A stretch of 64,000 bases of DNA, from positions 868,001-932,000 of the forward strand of contig LSRY02000021.1 of assembly GCA_001643675.2 (NCBI GenBank), read 5' to 3'. The first letter of the stretch is position 1. Each line of letters starts with the position of its first letter. A model generated the notes under the pieces. It ran no database searches and had not been told where the DNA came from. It was given only the letters and a program-made list of their open reading frames with translations. This stretch comes from Monocercomonoides exilis PA203. Its lineage: Eukaryota > Protista > Preaxostyla. A program made the position numbers and the translations under genes. Positions 26,001-37,336 of this stretch are shown piece by piece.

Positions 26001-27879
26001 GTCTGCAAGAAGAAATGTATTCTGCACAGGCAGCGGAACACTCAATGTTGTTGATCTGAAAGGGGGAGATGGATTGAAGGACAATTCATCTCTTTGGATT
26101 TTGAATGAAGGATGCAAGCTGTTGGGGATGGCTGCTGAAAGATCATCCGAGTTCTTCATTCCAACGCTGAAGTCAGTTGAAACAACTCAAAAAGAAGATA
26201 CAGTTGAACTGACTTTCAGAGGGACGCTTCTTCTGCCATGCAATCTGGGATTCCAGATTGTGTCAAAAATAAACAATGTCAGCTCAATCGAGACTCACGC
26301 TTTTGCGGAAGATGAGTTTGTTTCTGAGGAAGAAGTCCATGGAAAGATTGATTCGTCTTTGATAAGCTCTGCTCCAACAGAAGCAGAAGTTGTTGTGTGC
26401 ATATTGTTTGGAAATGTTTCAAATTCATCGACAACAGAAACTTTTGTTTTGAAAAACAGAAGTGAAGTCAAGGCCAAAGAAGATGATAGAATTGCTGAAG
26501 GAGGAAAAGAAGGAAAATCTTATTTGTTTTTGATTGTTATAATCATGGGCATCATATTGATAATCGTTCTTGTTGTATCCGTTGTTCTGGCTGTCCGGTG
26601 GAGAAAAGCAAAGAATGAAGCAGAAGATCTGAGAGAGATAGTGAATGATAACATCAAAAAGGATCCGAAGGCGTTTGAAATGATAACGATGGAGATGTCT
26701 CCGGAGGAGCAGTGGAGAAGGGAAGAGAGGGAAGCTGAGAAGAAGAATGAAGAGCGGATCAAGAAGAGAATTTATGAGACGAATATGGAGCATTCAGAAT
26801 CATCAGAACATTTGTTGAGTGAGAGTGGATCTACTGAATATATTCTGGGGAAAGATTCAGACAAGATTCCTGAATGGGCATTAGAGAAGGTTGAAGAAGA
26901 GGAAGAGACCAGAAAGCGAACTCCTTCACCATCAATTTCATCCATCTCATCCACTTCAACGACAGATACAGATTCCACTTTTATCCGACCAGAGAGTATG
27001 TGTCCAACCACCTCTTCGATGTCAAACCTTGTGGATGCAATGGCCTGTTCTTCTCCTCATGAGAAGCTGATTGTGGATCTGAGGGATTCGATGTTCATGC
27101 TGCTTCATGGAAAGAATAAGACAAAGGAGATGGCGATAGGCACTCTGCAGGAGAGGGAGCAGACAGCTGCTCAGATCCTGTTCTGGGTGGCAAATCTTGC
27201 GCTCCACTCCTTCGACGAAATGAACAACCCTCTTCAATCGTTGGCCAATCTGAGTCCGCATATTGTGCTGTTCTCGGAGCACATGGTCATCTGCATTGCG
27301 CTCCACTCCGACTGCTCCTCTTCGTTAGAGGATTCAGACTCATCTTCCATCTCATCAACCACAACTATTGCCACCTCTTCCTCTGATTGCTCGTGTGCGA
27401 ATGGGAACGGCAGAGGATCGCCTCCGCCCTCATCGGCGTTTGAGGATGAAGATGATTTCAGGAAGGAGTGCATGCGATGGAAGGCGCCGGAGCTGCTGAG
27501 CGGCGCAAAGGGGCACGCAACAAAGAAGACGGTGGTGTTTTCGATCGGGATGATGGCGTGGGAGTGCCTGACGCTGCAGATCCCGTTTGGGGAATACGAA
27601 GCAGAAGCTGCCGGGCAGAAGATTGCGAACGGGGAGAGGCCAACACTGTGCAGCTGCGAGGGCATTTCGCTCGGCCAGACAGCATGCGCTGCAATGTCGC
27701 AGCAGCCCCACAGCAGGCCCACGCTCCAGGAGCTCAAGAAAGCGTTCATCGCGCTGTTTCCGCCTGCCTCTGCCATGCTCACAGCCTCTGACGCAATCGA
27801 CCTCGTCGATGCCGCAGGCATCCCCCCTCCCTCCGCTTTGCCTGCTTCCGCTGTCTCAGAGACGCTCACCTCGTTTTGA
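20029..27879 (+). CDS. Giant type-I membrane protein: signal peptide, Cys-rich beta-helix-like repeats, one TM helix, degenerate TKL-like kinase C-lobe
   Basis: Intronless ORF (ATG 20029, MYLLILWCLAFYLLVSG). Recurring G-x-D-x3-CG-x4-(P)C-x-SI and GxGGG motifs; TM YLFLIVIIMGIILIIVLVVSVVLAV followed by RWRK; RWKAPELL...VFSIGMMAWECLTLQIPF...GERP. Confidence 0.88.
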   Translation: MYLLILWCLAFYLLVSGNNIDGIEFCFHSTTILSSEKQGLSFEQTSKENCKKGEVENDHSFFVVQNSTINLSVLSCIMSMEKYFASVDSPSKLDLWSCSFSVHPQSKNLFFCSGCRICLCNISFNFVVHDRQLSSLIAHHSKKVLSHCGELCLSSSRISSFEVLGNDPFLSSSCLSSISVTDSLFENITLPKSMKKCDNENGCSERVLVERTVMIGCESPYSGGILSPAMISFRCGNCSFLKCFTTFNKRQNFTEGENVFDDDTFNVQSDEIGGALYGEGNASIILHRCSFLECSSKSSGGVASIENSNGIFVSEECQVINCSSSKETGGYRIRNAHSEVINATSMINCSSNSKTCFYFISCNKNPCIVVSCIFDNASSDLYSSVTHIWHASTLILISNCLMQNCESGSYAPCILLAEEDALNNPSINIKYCLFHNNTAENDDYGHDIHISFHQQWMTIDENNITDCYSSSASPRITRCNDGFYECSSISDLSSWMTNNENNHQITADYSVGIDHEQCGFAPFCRSIKYSLERTTSNSNKTLILRPSVFKEEQISISSNEFSVCGLSKNECVVQSASSSLSVINIASGSFCVQKVTMLQGNAESGTSMPFVVMDGDGSLTMEECEISSVDSKLHLEVSFMQIFGGNVELSGVGIAGMNFLSDSLISFNVNRSGSVLYVVNTNFTSIQRLSGSGGIIERCDASSGSVVVENCHFENVSAGKDGGGLAMRGEWKGELIVNGTSTFEGCCAGSLEEKGRGGGLFINVDSTESDFTIYESVIFSEENPNRAFHGSDVFVQCGSGLLLEEIIDQTSFGFFKDGNCMNNEEKLCGCEDGASLPVIPLCVYLCDFESPISVDERSGADHSRCGYSVFCCSTIDFCVRERVNELVNAMEVISSASIKNPFVVPLFQTSQISISSSSASSSSSQYPFVNVFLTDNISTDCHNVIQCSGSFSLSFLSFVLPRVLPSSISSIIQSSIFLSLSNISIAFSADSLASSVAFSLIHVSGGELELTGLVVSEDVTFTALSPINVNGASRVAVEGCTLTEMANEGGSGGCMTVEMSGGGTISIKNTNISSKCKNEEGLRGGGMMILIGSGGSLEMKNVNLSECEVPSEDVVDGGKGMGGGMFVALPEEIEIFVMEGMTFEGCNAWKGKNLFVSGWDLREVVNKDHFKWEMSSEELDLLDELCGWERKTTGEEGYVIPLVVYLWSNWSGKGFVSKEKGFDFSGCGYSEAPCSSIDHMIKMRFSPVALEKSSIKVEGSASLKHSVSLLPSKPSDESRPLISVEGGGEAVHLFVSGDGDSSDDGSLISNSVNASFSNLIIDLPSRCEFHKSFIRSVYSVSFSLCRFIPSDTLPPSSSSLCVLDIVEGDVSLEHCALVTLSLANPFLRLSANFHSAHMHNTSFANSSISSGCFISVFSSELHSNQFVIGDSPDLPVNIPSMNMTSVTAENVSRTEEGSVFLGVDEFVGLKCGMENCTFWNCLSRQSNRGGGLMMRMKNEESSLGVKNCTFVLCACSESTGRGGGMMLDFCDPDAPFQTPSKPLLLHIAGVQFMMNSAFMGKDVFINCHSIGEQINETLFALDFSQPSLRMNTSICGSDLTHSDIDLIPLITFLYTPQVFVSMESEDSNQCGKQDNPCRSVSHGVRHVQAGLFNAICVDSSSVVAEPTVISDLTLKSITKHQSAIHFNSSIEEESEGSWIMLFENECLVEDCLFSFDEHFSAEHTAIMKQLNGSLAFSGCTLQSSSVESTLNSSVIVVEGGVFEMEKSSICVMGTAQPLLLFKSGSAATLNQIEISTIKTTATAMIVELSASVNIMQLAASDILQLGENFISLTKGKNQHVNEKDAGERVVLQMGISSFSNITSSNSSSSNSHVVESACEKTRSQLLNCSFERCFTPSEKGSLVEISFGASLSLQSCELIGYEDEHQSEKNGADEDVCKWTGSVVDVCEGLLEMKDTSITNSSKGGLSISGGSAVIESCLLENNSKSIERYKSARRNVFCTGSGTLNVVDLKGGDGLKDNSSLWILNEGCKLLGMAAERSSEFFIPTLKSVETTQKEDTVELTFRGTLLLPCNLGFQIVSKINNVSSIETHAFAEDEFVSEEEVHGKIDSSLISSAPTEAEVVVCILFGNVSNSSTTETFVLKNRSEVKAKEDDRIAEGGKEGKSYLFLIVIIMGIILIIVLVVSVVLAVRWRKAKNEAEDLREIVNDNIKKDPKAFEMITMEMSPEEQWRREEREAEKKNEERIKKRIYETNMEHSESSEHLLSESGSTEYILGKDSDKIPEWALEKVEEEEETRKRTPSPSISSISSTSTTDTDSTFIRPESMCPTTSSMSNLVDAMACSSPHEKLIVDLRDSMFMLLHGKNKTKEMAIGTLQEREQTAAQILFWVANLALHSFDEMNNPLQSLANLSPHIVLFSEHMVICIALHSDCSSSLEDSDSSSISSTTTIATSSSDCSCANGNGRGSPPPSSAFEDEDDFRKECMRWKAPELLSGAKGHATKKTVVFSIGMMAWECLTLQIPFGEYEAEAAGQKIANGERPTLCSCEGISLGQTACAAMSQQPHSRPTLQELKKAFIALFPPASAMLTASDAIDLVDAAGIPPPSALPASAVSETLTSF

Positions 27880-29925
27880 CTGGCTCCCTCCAGCATTTGA
27901 GCCTGTGTGTCTGTGTGCCTGTGCACCACCCACCATCTGGCTTGTCGCGCAATGAAGAAAAAAGGGGGTTAGAAAAAAGAAGAAAGAAATGTCTGTGAAA
28001 GTTGTTTTTGCAGCATTCTCAGTGATGCGAGTTTTTGGTGTTTGTATTGCGTTTCCAAGCCAGCAGCATTGCCACTTCGCTTCTGCGCACCTCCATCCAA
28101 GCAATGTGTGATCTCACAATCACCGTGCCTTTTCGTATTTTTTTGTAATCTTGTTTTGCTGGCCAGACTTTCGTTTTTGATCGGGTGCAGCTGAGCAGAT
28201 GCTGCAAAAATATTTATTATTTTATTTTATTTTATTTTATTTTTTTATTCATGGCAATCAACAAATACGCAGAATTCTTTCTCTTTCACTCTTTTCTTTT
28301 CTTTTCTTTTCGCCAGTTCTTTGACAGAAGCTTCGATCCATTTCAAGGCTGTTGTGAAAAAAATAAATAACTGTAATGTGCACGTGCCTTCAAAGACCCG
28401 AAGAAATGGAATCTGTTCCAAAACCCTGATTCAAAGAGCAATATCCTTCCGACTCCAACAAGCGCATCTCACTTAATGGCAGCGTTCTCATCACAGAAGC
28501 ATTCTTTCGCCTCACCTCCTTCCTCATCACCGAATCCTTCGCCTCTCCAGACACCAATGAAATCAGAAAGCCAGACGATGCCTATCTGCTCTTGTTTGTG
28601 CTAACTCTGGAAACAGGCGCTTTGGAGAGTGCACACGCTTTCCTTATTTTGTGCATGCCAAATGCGAGGACAATCGATTTTGATTAGTCGATAAAGATGT
28701 TGCAAGGAAACAAATGCCTGCTAATCACAATTGCAAAAGTGATAATCTGTCCAGAAGATGCACATATGTCGAGTGAAAAAGAATATCGTCAGCATATTTT
28801 CTTTTTGTCTTTTCACACCAAGAATGCTTTCGTTTGCCCAATTTTCGTCCCAGCAATGGGCCTATTTTCATGTCTTGTTTTTCAGACAGCGGGGGATTTC
28901 CATACGACAATTGTTTAAAAAAGAAAAGAAAAGAAAAGAAAAGAAATCACAAAGCAAAAGGAAAAAACAAACTCTGAAAAGTGAATAATTTCCGTTTTTA
29001 TTTTTATTTTTTTGGGGAGGAATATCCAGAGATTTTTTTAAAAACCGAATATTCAAAGCATTTTCCCGGTTTGAAGATATCGCGGCTTCTCGTATTCCAT
29101 GCTACCAATAAAAACATCACCCTAATTGCTCTTTACGAGGCACTTCTGAATGAATGATGAACATCAACTCTTCAAACGCACCAAATTGGTCTTTTCTGAA
29201 TTCTTGATAAAAAATTAATGGAATAACAGTTCATGATTGATTCATATTGTTTTTAAGGCAAACAGATGATTCCTTCTCTAATTTCAAAAATATACAAAAA
29301 GACGATTCTAAGTCGTTAAACTTTCATTCAGTTTTTCAAATTTTGGTTTTGAATAAGAGGTGGAATGTTATTTTTTTTTTCGAAACAATCACTTTTGTTT
29401 TTTTCTATTGATAAAAAAATAGTTTATTACGATCTCATTTGGTAAGAAATTTTTAACCTTATGAATTCTTTTCCATTCAGTTTTCTCTTTTGTTTTTCTC
29501 TATTTTTATTTTCTTCATTTCAACACATACAGGAATGTTGGACTTATTATGATACGATGGAAAAATAGTTTGGAACATCTCGTTGTATTTTTCATTTGCG
29601 CAAAAACTTTACCCATTTCTCGTTTATATTTTTCAACAAACGGTTAAAAAAAGATGAGTTTCACTTTTTATTCTGTTAAATTTTCAAATTAAATTTTTTA
29701 TCAACTCTTCTAAATAATAATAATAATAAAATTAAAACGAATATCATTTACAGAATAATTTTACAAATATATTCAATTAATTATTAGTAAAGCTCTAATC
29801 AGATAAATTAAAAAATACAAATAAAGGTCAGCTCAAAATAGTCTGCAAACAATTAAAAACAAAAATCAACATTAGAATCCAAATGAAAAATAATATTATC
29901 TTTTCAATTTAATATTGATATATTC

Positions 29926-31152
29926 CTATTTTGAAAAAAGATTCCTAAATGCTCTATATGTCTTTCGGAAAAAACCATATGGAATAACATCGGAGGGTCC
30001 ATTGCAAGAGTCGGTATTCAATATCAACGAATAAAACATAGAATGAATTTTCGAGTTATTTATACAAACAGCACCTCCTCCTCTCTTCCTCTGAGAGGAC
30101 ATTCTGTTAATATCTCCAATGCAAGTTACTGGGACTTTACGTTCTGCGGAAATTCCCCACTTTGAATGATCTTCAGTTTCTTTCCATTTGTACTCTCCTC
30201 CGCCTTCTATTGGCCCAGAAAGAAGTGACGAAGAAAGGCATTGCTTTGCGGGTCTTGGAGGGCAAAACGGTTTTTCATAAGGACGCATCCATGTCTCCCA
30301 TATCATATCAGCGTTGATATCGGGAACAATAAGATTGGGAGCAAGATCTTTACCCCATGGTGCATTTTTCCCATATCCTCTGAACTTTTGTCCTCCGCGA
30401 GTTACAATATCCCTGATTGCAGTGGCTGGAGTTCTTCCAACAAATGAACCATTCATTGCTTTTGCCAGTTCCGGCATTTGAGTTTGAGCGTTTGAAGAAA
30501 TTTTACTGTAATATATTTGAGGGTGATTGTGCTGCTGAAGAATACCAACTGTATTCAGATTATTTGCATCTAACATATTTACACAGATAATTTTTAAATA
30601 AACATAAAAAGACTAAATTTTTTAACAAACCTAGTGAAAGGCACAAAAAGCTTTGACCATATTGTCTTCCTTTTGAAGAGAAAGAATACTCACGATCAGG
30701 AGGAGGGGGGAATGCAGGGACACTGTGAACAAGCCAAAAGCCTTGATTTTGCGAATAAGAGATAACACCTTTTGTATGTCCATAACTGCTGCTAGTTTTT
30801 CCATCTGGAGTTTCGTCATTGTACATAAAAACTAAATCTGTTTGACTTTTATACAGAGGAAGCAAAGTTCGCCCAAGAGGTGAATCTGTCTGTGTGATAT
30901 CCTTGTTGAGGAACACTAACTTTGATGTTGTCGAATCAATGTAAGTGTAAGCTGTTCCATTTCTAATGCATGAGCTTGGCGCCCCTGACTGTGTTGCAGT
31001 TTTTATCATCATATACCCTGGGAAAACAAAAAAGAATTCACTCATTTCCATTACAAAAATTACACACAGTCGACAGGATTTCCATTTGGATTAACACATT
31101 GTAAAGCACATTTGCTTTGAAAAACAAAAATTTCTAAAAGTATCCAAAACAT
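29926..31152 (-). CDS. DNASE2: Deoxyribonuclease II (acid DNase, PLD superfamily), secreted/lysosomal, 3 exons
   Basis: Signal peptide MFWILLEIFVFQSKCA then LQCVNPNGNPVDWY; YNDETP, GHTKGV, GFWLVHSVPAFP, YGQSFLCLS, DHSKWGIS, CIGDINRMSSQRKRGGGAVC; both HxK catalytic motifs present. Confidence 0.95.
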
Positions 31153-31406
31153 CTAACAAAATCGATCTACTACCATTATATGATGAATGAATAATTTTGA
31201 TTAATAGAGATAAATAATTCAGCATTTCAAATAAACTTTTTATAGAAAGCAAGTGATAAGTTTAAAAAAAACCAAATCCATTTTTTTATATAATGCTTAT
31301 TAATTTTGAAATAATAATTTAATCCATAATTAAAAAAGAAAAGAAAAGAAAGAAAATCGAGTTGGAAATGATGACTTTGTTTTTGATTAAAAATCAAAAA
31401 AAGAAA

Positions 31407-31555
<149 letters not shown>

Positions 31556-31696
31556 AGAATGAAAAGAATGAAAATTCTGTATAGTGTCAAATTTTTATTA
31601 GTACCCCGTTTTTTATTAGATCCTAAATTTTTTTTTCTCATATTGCTTCATATAGAAGCTTATACGCAATGAAAATAATTTTAAAACAAATAATAT

Positions 31697-32451
31697 ATTA
31701 TTATAAGGTTGTATACCAAATATTTTTGTAAATCATTTCTTTTAAAATAAGATCTGAATTTTTTAAGTTTTATTTTTTGATCAATGTTTTGCTCGTGTTT
31801 CCACGAGTTTTTGAAACCAAGCATTTTCCTTGTTAGCATTGTTTTTAAACTTTTCTTTTTAACAATTTTGGTTATTTTATAACTATAGAAACTCTTTTTT
31901 TTCAATAGTTTTCACACATCACCTTTTTTTCGTAAAACTGAAATTTCAACAAAGGAAATTGTTATTAACAAGATTGCTTGTTTTTCAATGATGGATTATC
32001 TTATGTAATATTATATATATAAGCTTTCTTTGATATTTATATATGTATGAAAAATAAAACGAGAAAAACAAAATATCAACTTTTTCATTTTCTGATATAA
32101 ATACTAATTGATTCAAATTTTCATCACATTTATTATTTGATACACTAATTTGCAAATCATGCACGTATGATTAATTAAAAAATCAACAATATATTTCTTC
32201 AAAATTTCAGTTTTACGAAAAAAAGGTGATGTGTGAAAACTATTGAAAAAAAAGAGTTTCTATAGTTATAAAATAACCAAAATTGTTAAAAAGAAAAGTT
32301 TAAAAACAATGCTAACAAGGAAAATGCTTGGTTTCAAAAACTCGTGGAAACACGAGCAAAACATTGATCAAAAAATAAAACTTAAAAAATTCAGATCTTA
32401 TTTTAAAAGAAATGATTTACAAAAATATTTGGTATACAACCTTATAATAAT
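31697..32451. mobile_element. Foldback-like MITE (755 bp, 250-bp TIRs) nested in the left TIR of the 12.9-kb element
   Basis: 31697-31946 is the reverse complement of 32202-32451 (hence the twin ORFs 31681-31905 and 32243-32461). Removing it plus one ATAT (or TA) copy restores CAAATAATATGGGTG as in the right TIR. Confidence 0.92.
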
Positions 32452-35400
32452 ATATGGGTGATTATTTTTGAAATCATAAAATTTCAAATGAAAATTTCGA
32501 TGATGGATTTTTGTTTCATAACAAAGCTGATAATCAAATTTTGAGATGATATAAGCAGTATTATCAACAATTTTATAATGTTTGATTGTCTCACATTCAC
32601 TTCAAGAGAATAATTGATATCTTTTTATGTTTTTTTTGAAAAATCAATTTTGAAAATTATAAATAATAATTCAAAAATAAAACAGCTAGCTGATGAATTA
32701 GTTTTCCATGCATAGAATGTTTTTGATAAAAAACAGCTATGATCAAAATCAAGAATTCTCATTTGAAAAAAGAAAAAAATAAGGGAATGTTTGAGTTATT
32801 AAATATGTCAAATTTTTTTTTAATTTTTGTGTATTTCAATAACAGTTACAACTGAAGGATGAAGACTAATCGTAAATATTCATTGATCTTTGCATCTGTT
32901 GGTCTTAACAACTTCTTTCGAATGAATCGTTGTTTGGATTAAAAATATGACTGATTTAAAAGAAAAGTTGTTCAATAAAAAAGAAGTTTCTTGGATCAGC
33001 CCGTTCAATTGCAGGTTTAATTTTGTCAACGAAGGTTTTGATATATTCATAGTCTTAAATGAATTTTTTCTTTGTATTTATCGTCACTTCCTTAAATACT
33101 TTTTTCGTGGGGCTTTATTTTTTTGCGTTGCCATTTTGAAAGACTGTTATTTCTTATCAAACTGTTTCATATTTTGATAGCATGCTGATTTTTCCTATTT
33201 TGTAATTATCTTCTTCTCAAACCAATCCAAAAAAATAATAAACCTTTAAACCGAATAAAGCTTTAAAGTTGCATGGTTGAAAATTTCATCCACAACTTTG
33301 GGAGATCGGAAGATTATAGAAAATATTCTTTTTTGTGTTTCATATTTTTTCTTTTTTGACAATTATTTATTATTTTGTAAAAACTTTCTTGCTCATTTCA
33401 ACAAGAAGAAATGTCAAAAAGCAAACATAACGAATCAGAAAACTTACAGCTGTGCATATCACAAATCTTTTTTTGGGTTATCTTTTTTGTTAAATTATTT
33501 CATGAATTAGTAAAAAATAAATATTTGAAAAATGAAAACAATATCTATAATTATTTTCCTTGAAAATGACAACCTCAGAGTGATTCCCTGCGTAATTTGA
33601 ACTCAACGACACATCAACTTTTCCATCTCTTCGTTCAGCGAATGATTGGAACAAAACAACTGGCTGGTGGAACTCCAGAGAAGAAGTATTTAGGAAGGTG
33701 TGCATGCAAGAGTCAGAAAGCAAGTTTCTCAACATGCTCTAGCATTCCCTTCTTCTTGTGCATGAGCAATGCCACGTTCATTTATCCTCATTCTGGCCAT
33801 CCTAAGTGGAAGGCACGCGCAGTAGCAGACGCGCTTCACATCTTCCGCAGCTGGCTCTGCAGCTCCAGCACACACCCTAGCACCGCTGCATTCTCCTCCG
33901 CCTCCTTCCATTCTCAGCACCTCCATCCCTCCCATGTGACATGCTCCTTCCTCCCTCCTTTCCGCAGCCTCCCAAAAGCACCCACTGCTGCCCGAAAGCT
34001 GCTGCTATGAACCGCACTCCTCCCAATACACACACCGTTGCACCCTCCGCCAACCCTCCCCTCCACACACATGCTCGCACTCAGCCACAACCACAGGCAC
34101 AACCCCTTCTCCTCCTCCCTTCTTCCTCTTTCTCACCACATTCACATCCACAAGCCGACACCTCCCTTCCCCCTTCTCCACTCCCTTCCCCAGCTCTTCC
34201 CTCTTCTCCTCCACACAGCACCCCCCGCCCCAAACAGCCCCTACCACTTCCCCTGTATTCTGCTCTGTACATCCGATGACCGCTCAGAAGAATTGGCGGA
34301 TGCCAAGTCCTGCGCCTCTGCTTCCAGACCGAAGCAATTCCTCAGCGATTCCGAAAACGCAAGCGCTGTCTTTTATTGTGCCCCTTCCTCCTCGTCAACA
34401 TCCTTTTCCACCAACACTTTTCATTCTTGCTCCGTCATCTTTGCAATCGAAGACACAGCATCCACAGACCACACTCACACATCCAACAATATTTCATCGA
34501 AATATCTGCACATCACCTTCATCATTCCACTTCCTCCTTCAGCTCTTCTTTTCTCTTCCAATTCTCTCTTGACTTCTCTTGAGAAATGTAGTTAATTCGA
34601 AATCCTTTCTACCAAACCTTTATAACTAAAAAATCCTATTGATAAAAACATCCAAATAGACAGAAAGGCAAGTCATGTCAGATTCTGATGTTCATGTTGA
34701 TTCTGGATAATCTCTTTGATTTCATTAAGGCAAATTTCTTTTTCAAATAACTAATAAAAAACGATAATGAAATTCAAAAATATCAATAATGGAGTTGTTG
34801 ATTACATACACAGTTGCATTTGTAACTCAAAGTTAACAAAGTCATTTCTTTTTCCTTTTTAACTTTTTCGTTTTTCTCCTTGAACGATGTTGCTTTCAGA
34901 AAGCAGCGAATACAAAATGGAAACAATTCTAAAGAAAATATGCTATAAAGCAAAAGATAGCATACGCAAAGATCAGCAAGAAACTACTCATTCAGTTCTT
35001 CATTTTTTTTCAATTTTTCTTCATTTGACGCTTTCAATGAATCTAAAAAAGCTCGATAATAATTTGAAAAGAACACATTTGTAATTAAACAAAAAAAAGC
35101 AACTGATAATCAACATATATATAAGCCAAATAATTTAATTGTAAGAATTGGAATTTCTCGTTTATTTTTATTTCTATGTTTTGACTGCAATTCAAATTCT
35201 TTGATCAAAGCTGCGTTAGTGATTTGGTGAAGATTAAAATTATGATGTTGTGTGGAACCTGATAATTATGATGTTTGTATTTGATAAAATCTATTTCAAA
35301 TGAAACAAGCCATTTCATTGAGAGCGACAGTAATAAATTGGTTCTATTCTTAAGGAGAGTGATCTATTGTATTGGAGTGCATGCAAACGAATGAAATAAT

Positions 35401-36769
35401 ATTTTGGGAGTTTTTCAATACATTCAGATGAAATAGTAGATTTTTTCGATTATAACGGAGTTATCCGTCAAATTGAATAATCAATAGGTATTTTTTCAAT
35501 AGCAATGGGAATGATTTCCCTTCAATTTTCTATCTGGTTGATGCATCCCTTCGCTTGCCCACGGCAATGCTGTTTTTGTCACGATCGAGGCAGTCGAGAT
35601 TTCACATGATGAAGCAGGACAACGATTTAAAGGATGAGTGGTTGCAGTGAGAGAAGTGTGGAAGATTGTGAAAAAGGGAATAGAGGCTGTTTGACTGAGG
35701 ATGGATAATCAGTTCTGTTGTGCGAAATGAATGAGCTGGTGACATGGCAGGAGGAAGAAGATGAAGCAGAAGCAACAACAGCAACAGAAGAATAAGGAGG
35801 AGGAAAATAAAAAAGAAAAATACGAGGATGCTAATCAAGAGATAAAGAGGTATTCGTTGTCCTTGATGTTGTTGCGAATGATTTGAGATGAAAAGATAGC
35901 TGGTGAAATAGTTTCAGAAGAAGCACACGATCATCACGATGGATCAAAAGACAATTCCAAAGCTGAATGAGAAGGAAGCGCAAAAGTGATGAAGGTGCAG
36001 GAGCAGCTGGCGGTGAAGAAGAAGAAGGAGAAGCCCTTTGGTATGTTGATCGAGATGGAGAAGTGCAGAATGAAGCAGGATAGCGCGGAAAGAGAAGATT
36101 GTGAAGTTTCCTTGGAAGGGAAGGAGAAAAAAGTTACGAGAGGGTCAAACAAGGCGTGTGCTTTGGAGCTGCATAAGCAGTTGTCGTCTGTGCAGATGAA
36201 GCGGCTGCGATGTTGCTGAAGGCAGAGATATAGACATTGCTTGTGCATACGATCCCTATGAACCGATGGACATACTCAGACAAGATGAGAGTGATCCTGG
36301 ACTAGGACAGTGCTAGGTTGGCTGGTGTTAACGTTCTGAGAAATTTATTTGGAACTTTTATGTTTCTGTGAACAGGGGAGAAGCTCTCTGAACAGATGAA
36401 GATTTAAACTGAGTGACAAGGAATTATTAACGAACTGCAGGCTATGGCAGAACTTTGTAGATGTTAAGCTATAAGAAAAGTCTGCGCTTGAGGAGGTTAT
36501 TGGAGATGAGCTATTGTTCTTCTCATTCTGCATCATGTTTCTTGAATGATCAGTGTTGAAGAAGATCAATATGTTTTTCGGTGAGTTTGAGGGCTGCACT
36601 TAAAGAAGTGTGTGACTGATGCGTTTGCGTTTCTGTTGTTTCTGCGAATCATAACCAAGCAGAAGCATTGACGTATAAAGATGTGAGGAAGGTGCTGGAT
36701 GATATCATATTTGCTTGCGATACACAGTTTTCATCTTCACCAGTGTTGCAATTGTTATCTGTTGTGGCT

Positions 36770-37336
36770 TGAGCAGGCATCTCGTTTGAAAAAGTTGAGT
36801 CTTTCATGCTTGCAGTAACCAGGCACTTCTTGTGCAGTGGCAGCGGATCTTCTGGGATGCAAATTGCATATCTTGATGTTGAACGCTATCTTCAGCGTTT
36901 TTCCTTGAGGCTTTGTAACATAGAAACTTCGTGATGCACTTGAACAAGCCAAATGAATACAACGTGGTAGACCAGTGAGCGCCTCTGAACTCATCCAAAA
37001 ACAGTGAGTTTGCAAATACTATATGCAGAAGCTGGACGACCTTAACTCAGCCTGGGTGTGGTTTCGGTTGAAGCTTAGAATGGAGGCTGTGCAATTGGAG
37101 GTTGGGAAGAAAGGAGACAGGCGCTGTTTCCGTTGGCGATGATTCTGGAAAATGTGGTGGAGCTCCAGTTGCGGATGGACGATGTAGAAGGGGCGATTGC
37201 TTTGGTCGACCCTGAGGAACGGGAAGAGAATGGAGCTGTTTCATGATACAATAACATGGCATTGGAATGGAGGAGGAGACTTCACCTTTCCATCATCACG
37301 TGCTTATTTCACACTGTTAAGACAAGATTTAAGTGA
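36770..37336 (+). pseudogene. Decayed coding-like fragment of an unidentified gene (cargo)
   Basis: GC-richer, codon-like stretch (AGISFEKVESFMLAVTRHF...RRQALFPLAMILENVVELQLRMDDVEGAIALVD) broken by several stops and frameshifts. Confidence 0.35.

Noticed and set aside
31681-32461. Twin ORFs MKKKSFYSYK... on opposite strands
   Set aside because: Artefact of the MITE's inverted repeats; TTG starts and AT-rich sequence.
33597-36600. Overlapping short ORFs as genes
   Set aside because: Purine/pyrimidine-skewed decayed sequence with no recognisable domain or consistent splice model.
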